Shown one piece after another: positions 12,422 to 41,825 of a DNA stretch of 64,000 nt (positions within the stretch are counted from its first letter, which is position 1; every line of letters starts with the position of its first letter). The position numbers were made by a program, and so were the translations under genes. The DNA is taken from positions 1,550,001 through 1,614,000 of the forward strand of contig CM022673.1 of NCBI GenBank assembly GCA_012295275.1, read 5' to 3'. This stretch comes from Chrysomallon squamiferum. Its lineage: Eukaryota; Animalia; Mollusca. The notes under the pieces were generated by a model that was not told the DNA's origin, made no database searches, and was given only the letters and a program-made list of their open reading frames with translations.

Positions 12422-13969
12422 ATGACGTCTATTCTCGATCTAACTTTATTGCTGACAATATCATCCATCTGTACTTTCGGTGTTGACCTCCAAGACGTAT
12501 CAGAAACGCCAACAGAAGAAGTAGAAGCGAATGGCTTAGATGAAGCTACTTCGAGCAGAGATGGTCTCGTAGCCGAGAGCGAAGAGCCAGCCGAAGTAAA
12601 CGACGGCGAACGTCTTTCAGAGAATCGCAACAAACCTTTCACCTCAGACGAGCAGTTAGTGGACAGATCACCATCGGTCACTGAATCGCGGACAGTTGGC
12701 GAGTCTGCGGTGAAACCAGACAACGTGAGCCAAAGTGAAACTGTAACAAGTCGTTCAGACGAGTCGTCTCTCCCAAAACGGAACGGTAAGAAGAATGATC
12801 TGACTGAAACGGGTGAAAATGAGAGATCGGAAGGCGGACAGAAAGGTGAAAACGGCGTAAGAAGAGGATCTGCGGACGACAGTCGTAAAAGAAATAGAGT
12901 TTCAGATGCTGCTGCTGGTCGCAGAGGAAACGACGGCCGGTTAAGACATGGTGATCTGATAAAAGCTCGGCTTTGTTACAATGTTAACAACGAATCATCT
13001 GCAGCCAATCGCTCTGTCGAAGACTGCCTTGATGGATTAGGAGTTTCTGATAAACAAGGTCATCTGGTAATGTACTCCGTAAAATACGTATCTCTGGCCT
13101 TTCCTTTCGTCGTTAATTGCATCAGCATCGTCTTTCACGGTAAACGAGGTGGCAAAACCAATTCAGCCCTGTACGTGATAACTATGAATGTGGTGGAGAT
13201 GATATCCCTGCTGTTAGGTTTTACGACGACCCTCGTTTACTCGAACGAATATTTCACTAAAAGAGCACCAGGAAGAAATGTAGCTGGTTCCATTTTGACC
13301 AAGTACATTGACAGCTGGGTGAAGCAAGGGTCCTACTTGACGCAGCTGCTTCTCACAGTCGAGCGATACCAGGTGGTGAAGTATCCCATGCGTTACTCCG
13401 AGATGTGGAACGTCAGAAAAGCTAAACAGATCACTCTCTCTGCTTTAGCTTCCTTGGTCACTTCCCACTTCACTGGAATTTACATTTCAATCCATGAATC
13501 GAAAGGCAACGTGGATCAGAATTTGTTCCGCGTATGGAATGTAATGAACGGATCGCTGTTTGTTATATTGCCCATCATCATCATGGTTGTCCTGAACAGT
13601 CTGACTTGCATCGTCTTCATACTGGAACACACACACATCCGGAAAACATGCGAATCTCACACCTCCACGATCCTTCAAAAACGAGAGACAAAACTGACGA
13701 TAAGTCTGATGGTCACGTCGACGATTCTGATTTTGACAGCTACACCGCTGTCTCTCTGGGTGATGCTGCGCACGAAGGCTACAACCGAGAAGTCTGTTAA
13801 CAGACTCCTCACTGAAATCCTCTCGTCGCTGTCGTACTTCGGCAACGGAGTCGCTTTCATCAGCTTGATGGCGCTGAACACAGCAAGCAAGAAGAACTGT
13901 TTTAAGTGCTGCTTTAAACAGAAAGAAATGAGCTCATCAACGAAACAGACAAAGGTTCAAAGCACCTAA
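12422..13969 (+). CDS. Orphan class A GPCR, copy 2 (paralogue of 3234..4703)
   Basis: 515-aa ORF with signal peptide, acidic Ser/Thr-rich ectodomain and 7 TM segments. SWVKQGSYLTQLLLTVERYQVVKYPMRY matches copy 1 at 21/28 residues. Shares YVITMNVVEM, TATP, YFGN.VAFISLMALN and a C-terminal CC. Acceptor tttccAG ends at 12415, again 6 nt before the ATG. Confidence 0.92.
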   Translation: MTSILDLTLLLTISSICTFGVDLQDVSETPTEEVEANGLDEATSSRDGLVAESEEPAEVNDGERLSENRNKPFTSDEQLVDRSPSVTESRTVGESAVKPDNVSQSETVTSRSDESSLPKRNGKKNDLTETGENERSEGGQKGENGVRRGSADDSRKRNRVSDAAAGRRGNDGRLRHGDLIKARLCYNVNNESSAANRSVEDCLDGLGVSDKQGHLVMYSVKYVSLAFPFVVNCISIVFHGKRGGKTNSALYVITMNVVEMISLLLGFTTTLVYSNEYFTKRAPGRNVAGSILTKYIDSWVKQGSYLTQLLLTVERYQVVKYPMRYSEMWNVRKAKQITLSALASLVTSHFTGIYISIHESKGNVDQNLFRVWNVMNGSLFVILPIIIMVVLNSLTCIVFILEHTHIRKTCESHTSTILQKRETKLTISLMVTSTILILTATPLSLWVMLRTKATTEKSVNRLLTEILSSLSYFGNGVAFISLMALNTASKKNCFKCCFKQKEMSSSTKQTKVQST

Positions 13970-14125
13970 GTCGTGTTACAGACCCAGATTCAAAATTAAA
14001 CCAGTAATAGCCAAGCCTCGAAAACGACCAACATTATCGACATCACCAAAACTCTGCACGTTTAAAACTATAAACTGTAACATTTAAATTATGTAAATAT
14101 TACCTGTGTCATCTATCTAAGCGAT

Positions 14126-14460
14126 CCAATGAATAAACCTTTGCAAAAACTGTACACGTAATCCAAATGATAAACTATACCAAGTCATCCAAATGATAAA
14201 CTGTACCCAAGTCATCTAAAACGATAAACCGTACCCAAGTCATCCAAATGATAAACTGTACACAAGTCATCTAAATGATAAATTATACCAAGACATTCAA
14301 ATGATAAACTATACCATTCATATAAATGATAAACCGTAACCATGTCATCCAAATGATAAACTGTACGCAAGTCATGCAACAGATAAACCGAACACAAGTC
14401 ATCCAAATGATAAATTGTATTCAAGTCATCTAAATGATAAACTGTACCCAAATCGTTTAA
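14126..14460. repeat. ~27-bp degenerate minisatellite (~12 units) just 3' of GPCR copy 2
   Basis: Unit approximately ccaaatgataaactgtacccaagtcat, repeated with substitutions. Confidence 0.85.
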
Positions 14461-14765
14461 ACAATTAAGGGTCAAACTATGACTCACAGTATTTAACGTT
14501 GTATTTTCTATTAATTAAATTTCTTTAACAGTTTGCACGATCATGTTGTTTTGTTGATCTTGTTTCCTTCTGCTTTTTATACGTACATTACAAAAATTAT
14601 AGCGTAGGTGCATCCAGAATTTTTGATGGGTGCAGAGTAAGATTTGTTTCATCATAATTTGCATAAGCAATTCCGATTTGTGAATGTAATCAGACGTTTA
14701 TCAACATTATGATGTACAACGGCCGCAACAGCTGGAAGGAGGCTCGTACCTTGAACCTTGAAAAC

Positions 14766-14851
14766 AATGAACGCGCTAATCAGAGCTAGCTCTTGTGAAG
14801 CACGTCTACGACGGACAGGCTTTCTGACAGGTCAGCGGTATTTTGTGTGCA
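14766..14851 (+). repeat. 86-bp dispersed repeat, copy B
   Basis: aatgaacgcgctaatcagagctagctcttgtgaagcacgtctacgacgg..., a direct repeat of 8621-8706. Confidence 0.85.
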
Positions 14852-15751
14852 GTCCCTCGCCAGTCTGCTTTTAAATACAGTGTCATGCGTCACGCTTAAC
14901 TGTTTGTCATTACTTAAAAGAGTTACGTCCCTTTCTATTTCTTCAAATTTAAAAAAAAAAAAATCGAAAACTGCACAAAACTAGCATTTATTTGATAAAT
15001 TTAACATTTACTGCACATACACATGATGTACATCAGAAAGGAGTTATGCCTAGACGTTTGGGCGAAAAGTCAATATTTTTTTTTTTTTTTAATTTTTTTT
15101 TTCTTTCGGGAGAAAAAGATATAGCCTATACTTAGTGTCGACACCTGTGCACATATGACATTCAGTCCTCCAGTCTTTCCTTTATTGTTAAAAGCTGCTT
15201 TACTAAGAAAGGTGATGACGCCGCAAAGTTTATTTCAAGACTTTTATCTGAAACAGTTTAACTAAACGAGTAACAGGAGTGATTGCAAATCTCACTGAAG
15301 TTTCGTAGATTCTCATTACTTTTATTAACTGCACTGTTCAGTTCACTACTGATACGTTATTTTCCAAAGCCTAAATTAATAACCATTATAATAATGATGA
15401 TCATTATTTCAAAAATATATACATAGATTTAAAAAACCACACACACACACACACACACACACAAATCTGTATGGTACGCACACTGAAAAATCAAGTGATG
15501 TATTATTTAATGAAAAATGCATACGTTTTCATCAGTACCTGCATTATTATACACTATTCAAGTAACAGCTTTATTTATTTATTTTCGTAATGCTAATTAG
15601 CAAGACAGACTGAACTTTCAGAAATTCTCTTTAACACTTCTCACACCCAGTGCCGTTTCTTCTTCAGATTTGTCAATCTTACGTTGCCGTTTTTTTTCTT
15701 TTTTTAAATTTAAGTCTTTGAGAGGGTGAGTGAAAAAAAAAAAAAAAAAAA

Positions 15752-15807
15752 AACGTGCTAATCAGAGCGAGCTGTTCTGAAGCTCGTCTGCGACAGGCAC
15801 GCGCTCT
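15752..15807 (+). repeat. Diverged partial copy C of the 86-bp repeat
   Basis: aacgtgctaatcagagcgagctgttctgaagctcgtctgcgacaggcacgc aligns with copies A and B. Confidence 0.7.
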
Positions 15808-16152
15808 GTCGCAGAAATTTGCCGCCTTTTTTCCCCTCGTGCGCTTATACAGACGATTATTCTGGAATTTTTCATTTTTTTATTTTTTTTATATATATCG
15901 TCAAGTAAAAATGTTTTCCATGTTGTTGGAATTTCAGCGTGGATGTGGCAGTCACACGTGGAATTACAAATTTCTTTCGAAGCATTGTAATTCACGCCGT
16001 GTAAGCAGCTAGGAATAAAAACTGAATTTTACTGAACGCGTATAATCTTCCTCAGAATTGAAAAAAAATGTGTCAACATTTATTATTGTTTTTTGTTTTG
16101 TTTCTTTGTTTGGATTTTTTAATTTTCTGCTCCATAATGTATAAGATAAAAC

Positions 16153-16341
<189 letters not shown>

Positions 16342-16658
16342 CTCCCACACACACACATACAGGCACACACAGACACAAACGTATACAGAAACACGCAAAG
16401 CAAAAAATGAAAATATATTATCTAAATAAATAATGAAATATATAAATATAACAAATATCTAGTAAAAAGTTAATAAATCAATCTCTTAATATCAATTCAG
16501 ACATAAACAAAATAAACAAAGAAACAGTTAAATAAGAGCTGATTGTCATTTACCTGATCAGCAGCGTCTTCTTACAGCTTGCTTCATTTCTTTGTGCAGT
16601 ATCGTCGAGAACACAAAAGACATAACGCCATATTTGTATTTAATCTACTCACTCGTGT

Positions 16659-16814
16659 GTTTACAACTCATGTCTTCATTCAGTCTACCCAATCTCGTTT
16701 GTTTACAACTCGGGTTTTCATTCAGTCTACCCAATCTCGTTTGTTTACAACTCGGGTTTTCATTCAATCTACCCAATCTCGTTTGTTTACAACTCGGGTT
16801 TTCATTTAATCTAT
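16659..16814. repeat. 42-bp tandem repeat (~3.5 units)
   Basis: Unit gtttacaactcgggttttcattcagtctacccaatctcgttt. Confidence 0.85.
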
Positions 16815-17679
16815 TTGAAGTCAGAAAGAACAAAGAAAAATTTAACATTTGAATAGTTTTGCAAGTTTAAAAACCAGATCACTTTTATAATAACAAAATA
16901 TTTCGATCGGCCAATTTAGGTCGGAAATATTCAAAACTTAAAATATTTTTACAACATTCTTGCAATTTCGAGTTTCTACTTAAGATTTTGTGGAAGAAAA
17001 AAATAAAAGAGCAGAAACCGCCCCCCCCCGGCACAGTGGATATTTCTGCATTTTTAAGTCAAAATATGTGTACGTGTACACACAAACGCACACACGTATA
17101 TATATGTGTGTGTAAATATAAGTTACTCTCTGTTTACGAATGTATATTCGATTCTTGTCTTACGAATAAATGTAAGAATTCGTTTAAAGAATTTAAGATA
17201 GTAACTGATTAAATATCTACCTATTTTGTTTCATTAATGGTAATGTTAATATATGTATAACTAATGAAATAACATTATGTATATAAATATATACTATATA
17301 CGATTTCAAATGAGTTATCTGAAGTACATTAACAGTTTAAAGAAATTTCGTAGCTTTGTTTTATGAACGATGGGTGTGTAATTGTGTATTTGTGTGTGTG
17401 TGTGGGTGTGTGTGTGGGTGTGTGTGTGTGTGCGCGCGCGCGCGCTCGCACAATAATATAAATACGTTTCAGCATTAAACTTTCTAATCACATACTTAGC
17501 ACATTCACGAATCATCCTTAGTTTGGAATTTAGGTGCATAGACGCATTAAAGCGAAACTCTCCTTATAACAGATATAACAAACTTTGATGATATTGAATA
17601 TATTTATTTCACAGGAATTCATAACATTTCCAGTTAATTTATAGAGCAAAATATGGAGACAATCCAATGATTTCATTTG

Positions 17680-17820
<141 letters not shown>

Positions 17821-18499
17821 ACGTTATTTTAAAGAAATATAATTATGTGTTTAGGACGGAAAAAATACGGTTAGAGTATACGCAATGTGGTACCCTTAAC
17901 CCGCCTATTAAATGTATGTTTCCTTGTCACTGTTTAATTTTTCTTTTTTAAATATATATTAGTTTAGTATTAACCTGAAACAACAGATCATAAATGCACG
18001 TCAGAGAAATCTGAATTATTTCAATTTTAAAGAAAGAAAAAGAAAATCAATTCAAATATATTATGAAGAGGCCATAAATAAGCAATATGTATTTGAAATA
18101 ATAATATTATTAATAACAACAATGACTACAGCAACAACAACAACAACAACAATACAACAAAAACAATAATAATAAAATATATATTTCATATAGTTATTTG
18201 ATATGAGATTAAATATCTGCATGATTATTTAAAAAAAATAATAATAATACAATATTTATATCATATATTATAACTTGTAACAATATCATGCTTCTGAATA
18301 AAATAAAATAAAATAACTCACTACATAAAAAAAAAAAAAAAAAAAAGGATTTACGTAATTAGAAGAAAACGACCGTTCTAACAGAAAATTACGTCATGTC
18401 GTTGATTCGCCTTTGATCAATTTTTAAACGTCGACTGATTGAGAAGGAATAGCTCTACACAAGGCAATAGAGAGGTACATTTAAAAAAAAAAAAAAATG

Positions 18500-18615
18500 T
18501 ATCCGTATGTGCAACTTCACACAATCTTAGATGAATATATATATATATTTATATATATATATATATTATTGACTATTTTTTCATCTAAGATTGTGTGAAG
18601 TTGCACATACAGATA
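18500..18615. repeat. Inverted repeat / fold-back element (36-bp arms, 44-nt AT-rich loop)
   Basis: Left arm 18500-18535 (tatccgtatgtgcaacttcacacaatcttagatgaa) is the reverse complement of 18580-18615 with 1 mismatch. Confidence 0.9.
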
Positions 18616-18849
18616 TTTTTCTTAAAATTTATTTATTTATTTAATTTTATTTAATTCTATTTTTTTTAATTATTTTTTTTTAGTTTGCGTAACGTAAATA
18701 AAATGTGGCTTGAGATGTTTGTGTTGAGCTAAGAAAAACAGGTAAAATATCGCTTCTCTATTCTGTTTTTGTAAGAAAAATAATCATTTATTGAAACCAT
18801 GACGTAAACTGATATTCATAAGAAGTAGTTATCAAACAATTAAGTAATA

Positions 18850-18885
<36 letters not shown>

Positions 18886-19324
18886 ACAAGCGACAAAACG
18901 TAAGTTAGAAAGAAACAAGAATAAGTTGATTTAATACAAATATGGCGTATTCAACAAATTATCTGCTTCGTTTCCTACTTCTGTCAGTCACGTGACTTCA
19001 TCTACGCTGCATCCATGCTTCTTCACGGAATTGTCGTTTTATTTTCATCCTTTATTATTAGAAAAAAAAAAAGGCTGGTCTGTCTGCAGGGAGAATGGCA
19101 AAATTTCGAATGTATTTAAATTATTTCAGTGAAAAAACCTCTCGAAATTTTTCAGGTGTAGAGAAAAGAAGTTTCCATTTTATTTATTTTCCCTAAAGAA
19201 AACATCAGCATCGGAGTTGTGAAAGCGTCATGATATATGGCAAACGTGTCTTCACTTCTGGTAAAACATCTTAACTGAAAGGAAAGAGATAGTAGTAGTA
19301 GTAATAATAATGATGATGATGATG

Positions 19325-19365
<41 letters not shown>

Positions 19366-19405
19366 GATAATAATAATAACAACAACAACAACAACAAGGA
19401 AAACG

Positions 19406-19436
<31 letters not shown>

Positions 19437-21753
19437 TAATAATAATTAAAAAAAAGTTAATTCCATTGTATACATAAAAATTAATCATAGATTACAGAGA
19501 GAAAAAAAAAATATTTAAATTAATAATGGTATTTCTGATTGCAGAAGTTAAAAGAAAATTTAGTATATAATTTGTCTGCAGTGAATTTGTTCAGGCTGTG
19601 TGAAAATACAGTATTAGTTACAGGTTCAAAGTGCTTTCTGTTGTTGTTCTGGTCATGAACTCCAGGAGAGTGTTCTGTCGTAATTTTTCCCGTTCCAGTT
19701 TCTTTCCGTTTGGTATCATTCTAAATCACTCATACCATACATTATTATATCCATATCGTTATCACGTGCAGAGTCGCGTGGTACACCGTGTCAAGGTCGT
19801 GTTGTGTCTACCACGTCATACAATATCATACCACTTTACGTGAGGTAATTATCATATCATGTGATTTGTTATAATTATATATACTGCAACGTGTCTCTGT
19901 CGTATATTAAGTATCGTACAGTATCTGTTTGCATTGAACTGAGCTGCATCGTTCCATGCCGCAATACCTCGTATCAGTTCGTATTATACAATACGTGAAA
20001 TTATCTAATTACGCCACTCGCTGATTTTTGTTTTCTTCTTCGGCGTGTTTTAATGACCTGCTAACTGATTGGCAAACAAAATCTTATGCCCGTTGAAACG
20101 CAGATTAGCGCCTCTCCCCCCTCCCCGCCCCACCCACTCTTTTTTTATCACTGAAAAGAAAGAAGCTGCTGAAATACGTTAGAAAGTTTAAAACTGACGA
20201 TTAAGCTATTTACGCTCTAAAACTATTGAACGGACGAGGCAGGAGTCATTGGCCAACCGTAATTTGTCTAATGGAAAGAGAACAGCGAAAAGGAAATCGT
20301 ATAGCAAAAATAATTTCTGATTAATCTTTTCTTTTGTTGCCTTTTTTCTCTCTCTCTATCTTTCTCTTTCTTCTTTTGTTAAAGACTGCGCGAAAAGACT
20401 TCAGTAATTAGCGAAGGTGTTTGACCGATCAGGTGCAGAATGTTCTTCATGGTTCGAATGTTTCTTACGAAATGTTTCCCTTAGTGCAGTTTCTTGTTTG
20501 ACGATTTAAGTAAGAAATATATTTTAAGAAAAAAAAAAAAAAAAATCATTTTTAGACGTCTATAAATCGTTGCCGCTGTATCAACGTTTGTAAAAATTGT
20601 TCACTGAAGTTATGAAAGTATAATTTTTTATTTTATTTTTATTTTTTTTTTTTTTTTATGTTATAATAATAATAACAGTAGTAGTAATAAATAAAATATT
20701 TTCAAGTTATTGTTTTCGAGTACAGTTAAATGTAACTGAATGATCTTAGCAGTATCTTTCAGTGCTTTATACAGTCATTTCTTGTTTCTCTGAAATTAGG
20801 CTGCTCTGCTTCCAAGCTCATCGTGTATGTGTTCAGTTACGGGAAAAATGCTGATGATAAATATCACTTTGTATTACGTATTAAAGTGATACACAAGAAA
20901 GAATGCAGGACACATCGACATAATTTCAAGATGACTGATGCAGACCACATGGGAAATATAGGAGAGAAACAGTCTCGACTCTAAAGGAAAACCAGCGAAA
21001 CGATGCAAGGATGAACTGGGTGAGTATTTTAACAGAGCAGTCTGACTGGAAACAGGGAACTGAGGAAATAAAATACTGATCGGGACATTATGGCTGCAGA
21101 ATGATTATGATGATGATGTTGATGAAAATAAAAATAAATCCCATCTAATATTATTACACTTGTTTTAAGCTTCTTTGTTTAAATGTAAAACGGCATTATA
21201 ATCTGAGAAAGTATTCGGTTAAAGCCTTTTAAATGCCAAACGTTTCACAATTAATTAAAATAACATACTTTAGAATTTAAATTGATGTAATGCTAAAATT
21301 GGATTTCAGGAATCATTGACCAGTATTAATATCAAACCTTGTTCAGTTTGAATATCAGAATATCAAAACAATTTAGTCTCTTTTTTCTCTTCCTTTTTTT
21401 AAATAACACAACACGTCAGATCATTTTGTTCTGTGTAGTTAACACCAGATGTCATAAAACCTTGTTTTATATTGTTAATACCACGATATAAAATCTTGTA
21501 CACTGTCATTATCACCTCAAAAAACCGTATCAGGTATTGTTAATTTCATGTCCGAAAATCTTGTTAATACCAAAGATCAGTTCTCTTACATTCACGAAAT
21601 GCTTCGATAAGCGAGTAAAAACAAAATACAGAAATTCAGGAAACGTAGTTGAAAGGAAAATGCGGACTGTTTTTAAACAAATACAAAAAAGTATAACTGA
21701 AGACGACTGCAAAAAAAAATATAAAAAAAACGGAGAAAGAACGAAGTACGGGT

Positions 21754-22098
21754 TTACTTACTTTTCGTATCCTGAACACATCTCGCTCGTCCTTGGAGCA
21801 GCGCGAGGAGAGGATGGATTTCTTGCGGTCCCGGGAGACACTGGTGTCCCGCGCCACATCTCCCGCGCGTGAGACCGCACAGCTCTCCCTCCAGTCGCGC
21901 GCACACGGGACAGCAGCCGCAGATTCCCGTCTCCAGCACGAGCTCGCACGACCCCGCGGGAAAGTCACACGCCCGGACGTCGCACGGGATGCAGTTGAAG
22001 AGTTTCTGGAGGTATTTTCGATTGTTCTTAATTCCGTGCACGTTGCAGGCGAGGAACACGAGTGCGACAAAGAACAACGCACGGACAGTTGGAGGCAT
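21754..22098 (-). CDS. Secreted single IGFBP N-terminal-domain protein (SIBD/perlustrin/neuroparsin-type architecture), copy 2, intact
   Basis: 114 aa: signal peptide ([22 protein letters not shown]), then 12 Cys including [17 protein letters not shown] and CLP...[13 protein letters not shown], the IGFBP N-domain pattern. A GTAAGT donor at 21761-21756 overlaps the ORF end, so the last residues may instead come from a short second exon. Confidence 0.9.
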   Translation of the reverse strand: [114 protein letters not shown]

Positions 22099-22259
22099 CG
22101 TACAGTAGAGTTCACTTATCTTGCTTATTTTCGAAACCTATTTTATTGCTGAGAGCCTTCGGAAAATGAACATAGGAAAGTTTTTTGAAATGTTCTTTGC
22201 CGTCGTGATCCGAGTCAGGAATTCAGAGACGACTGTTGAATCTGAGTTTGACTGCAGAG

Positions 22260-22340
22260 ATCTACCTAACGGTGACACCTGTCAGTTAACACGGGCATGT
22301 CTGTCCTTCTCGTTCTGTCTTTGCTTCTCTACGAATACTC
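22260..22340 (-). promoter_or_regulatory. Conserved non-coding block upstream of IGFBP-like copy 2
   Basis: atctacctaacggtgacacctgtcagttaac...acgaatactc, homologous to 7175-7254. Confidence 0.55.
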
Positions 22341-22631
22341 ACTTGTTTCACATGGTGGGTGGCGCCAAGCAGGGTTAGATCGATAGCTCTCATGTTGAGA
22401 TCCGTTTTCTAAATTAGTGAGATGAAAGTCTCTTTCATCTATGCCTTCATTTCTATTTTTACCACACACACACACATACACACACACACGCACACACATA
22501 CACAGCGTGACCCTGATGTCATCTAAACACAAGTGGAAGAAGACACGCATGCGGAGAACTCCAAATCCAAATCATTATCACGTCATCTTTAACAAACGTG
22601 AAATAATAATAACAATAACAATAACAATAAC

Positions 22632-22670
<39 letters not shown>

Positions 22671-22834
22671 AATAAATAAATAAATAAATTAATTAAAAAT
22701 ATATAAAAATAGAAATAGAACAGATAAAAATAATATATATAAAATAATAATAATAATAATAGTAACAAAATAAATATATAAATTTAAAAAAAATATAAAA
22801 ATAAAAATAAAACAGATAAAAATAATATATATAA

Positions 22835-22898
<64 letters not shown>

Positions 22899-23233
22899 TA
22901 ATTAAATAAATAGTTCTGGAAACTGTGTTACTAATTACTGAAGAAAATTAACTCTATAAATTGTAACTGGAGGTTCGAAACAGCGTCCTTGAGTTGCTAA
23001 ATCTCTTCAGCATCCGCGTTTTTTCTTGGGTCCCACTAAGGCTTTCTAGTCTCCAGCCCCGGGACCCATAGCCGCCCCTGGAAACCATACTGGAAGCTAA
23101 ATCTGTGCTTCTTAAACTATTTATCTTAAGTTCCTTTGTCTTTAGTAATTTTTATCTTACTGTGTGCGTAATTTTATAGACTATGTATAATTTATATAGA
23201 TTATCGATAATTTATTTTGTCACATAAGATATA

Positions 23234-23268
<35 letters not shown>

Positions 23269-24541
23269 TATTTTTGTTTTAAATAATAATAAAATAAAAT
23301 AAAATAAAATAAATATATTAAGTATTCTTAGAATTTATAATTATATTATTAAAAACAACCGCACTACTGTCCTTTTTTTTTGTTCTTTAAAAAAGGAAAG
23401 AAACAAAGAAAGAAAGAAGAAAAAAAAGAGAACAAAATCTGAATAAATTATTCCTCCACCCGTTTCTATTTTTGTTCACGTGAGAATAATTTCGTTTACC
23501 ATTTTAAGAAGCACCGACTTTTCTTGTTTCCGCTCATGGACGAGGTCAAGCTAATTAATTATCGGCGCCAGCTGATGTGTGAATGAAACATGAAACACTC
23601 CTATTGTGATAAAACGACGGAAGACCAAACCCAGAGGTGACCCAAAAGACGAAAACAGATCATTTTGCGCATACCTACCTCACCGGACGTAGCGTCACTC
23701 AGGAAGTAATGAAATACAGCCCACATGCATCACGGTGTATGCTATTGTTCAGAAACCGAAGAGTGAATAATTATCAAAAATATCTTTTTCACTTTGTCGC
23801 GTTTTCTTAGGCTGTCATTCAACACGAATGATGGCGCGAATTGTTCTGTTGGTCTACAACATTCTAACTTTCCTGATTTTTTTTTTTTTTTTTTTTCATT
23901 TCATTTTATTCCACCAACCTTTTATTTTTCTTTCCTTCTTTCTTTTATTGATTTATTATTATTATTTTTATTATATTATAATTGTCATCATCATCATCAG
24001 ATTCAACATTTAAACAATTTTTAATTGTATTTAAAATTATTTTATTTTTCTATCTGTGGTGTTTAAGATTACGAGATGGTAAGTTTAGACAGCACTATTT
24101 AGATAGTGAATTTTACTCTGATTATTAAGCAGTAGTAATATGAATTCAGTAGTATAACGATTATTTAACTTGTAACATTTCGGATAGAAATATTGTGGTA
24201 TGCAGTGGTTTTACTGAAAACAAGGAAACAAATTGCTGATGTAACAGTTATGTGGTTATTATAGAGCAGATTTTCAGAGATAATAATGAAATGACTACGA
24301 ACAAATTTGCTAATCTAAATTTCATTTAGAAACTCTTGTTAATTCTGTTTGAAAATGCACTAAAGAACTGTGTGCCATTCCAAAATCTTCAAGAGCAAAA
24401 GATATTAAAAGAAATACTTTTTTTTTTTTTCTTTTTCTATGATTTTGTTTTGTTTATAAAGTAACAACTACTGTCCTGAAAAAAAAAAAAGTACAGGAAA
24501 TTTAAAGACATTATGAGAGGGAGGGAGGGAGGGAGAGGGGG

Positions 24542-24618
<77 letters not shown>

Positions 24619-24703
24619 GATTTGTATATATCGAAAAGCACAAAGGTAAAAAATAATAACAAACATTAGAATTAATATATGTATGTATATATGTGTGTGT
24701 GTG

Positions 24704-24734
<31 letters not shown>

Positions 24735-25362
24735 TTTTTCCTTTTCACGTAGAAAACTATTTTTTATTTCATATCATGCAAAACAATACCAGCAATGAAC
24801 AAATATGATAATACACCAGTATCTGTATAGATCACAGTAAAAATAAAAAAATAAAAATAAAAAAATACTTTACTACTAAGTACAATTAAAATATTCTGAC
24901 TTCAAAATATAAAATACAAAACAAAATATTTTAAAACCCTAACTTTACCATTTCACCCAAATACCTCCCCCCCCCTTCTCGTGTCTCATTCACGTTGCGA
25001 AATTATCCCCCTTTCTCTTTCGGCTTTGGCACAATTTTTTGTTATTTTTCAAGGAATCAAATCATATAACATCTACTTCAAGTTCAGTAGGATCAAACGA
25101 TTGATCCTCATTCAGGAATTGTTTATCTGCTTTTCGGTTTTGATATTTAAAAACATTTTTTTTTTTTTTTTTTTTAAATTCATTTCCACATAAAATAAAA
25201 AATAAAAATCTCTGGAATATGAAAAAAAAAAAAAAAAAATGTATATCGTGAGATCTTTGCTTCTGACACTTCTTGTGTATTTAGTTTATTTAAAAATGAA
25301 TAAATAAATAAATAATAATAATAATAAAAGAAGAAGAAAGGGGATGTAAGGACAATGCAATG

Positions 25363-41492
<16,130 letters not shown>

Positions 41493-41734
41493 GATCATTC
41501 CAGTTTGAAAACAAAAAATGAGAAGAAAATGAGACAGCAGATGCAATAATGAAAGCCCTCTTGTTTTATCGAAGTTAATAAATAAGTTGAAAATGTTGGA
41601 ACTTTGTATTGCGTGTTGACGTGGTCAACACAAAAGTCAGGAGTCAATCGATACGTTTATGTCCCATCTGTTCCATTAAAAAGTGTTTTCTATGGTTCAT
41701 ATTTTATCGCAGTTTCTTGACCTTTATTGTCTGA

Positions 41735-41825
41735 GTGATTGGCCCAACGTAGACCCGACCCGCCAAAGTGCGCGCGACGCTAGCGATCATTTGGCGTGAC
41801 GTATTCGTAGACAAATTCCTACGTG
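41735..41825 (-). promoter_or_regulatory. Probable promoter of the CNBD gene
   Basis: CpG-rich patch ~250-330 bp upstream of the exon 1 ATG, with ATTGG (CCAAT box), CCCGCCAAA (E2F-like) and TGACGT (CRE half-site). Confidence 0.4.

Noticed and set aside
22690-22900. Local duplication of an A/T-rich ~80-bp stretch
   Set aside because: Low-complexity slippage product next to (TAA)n; no evidence of function.
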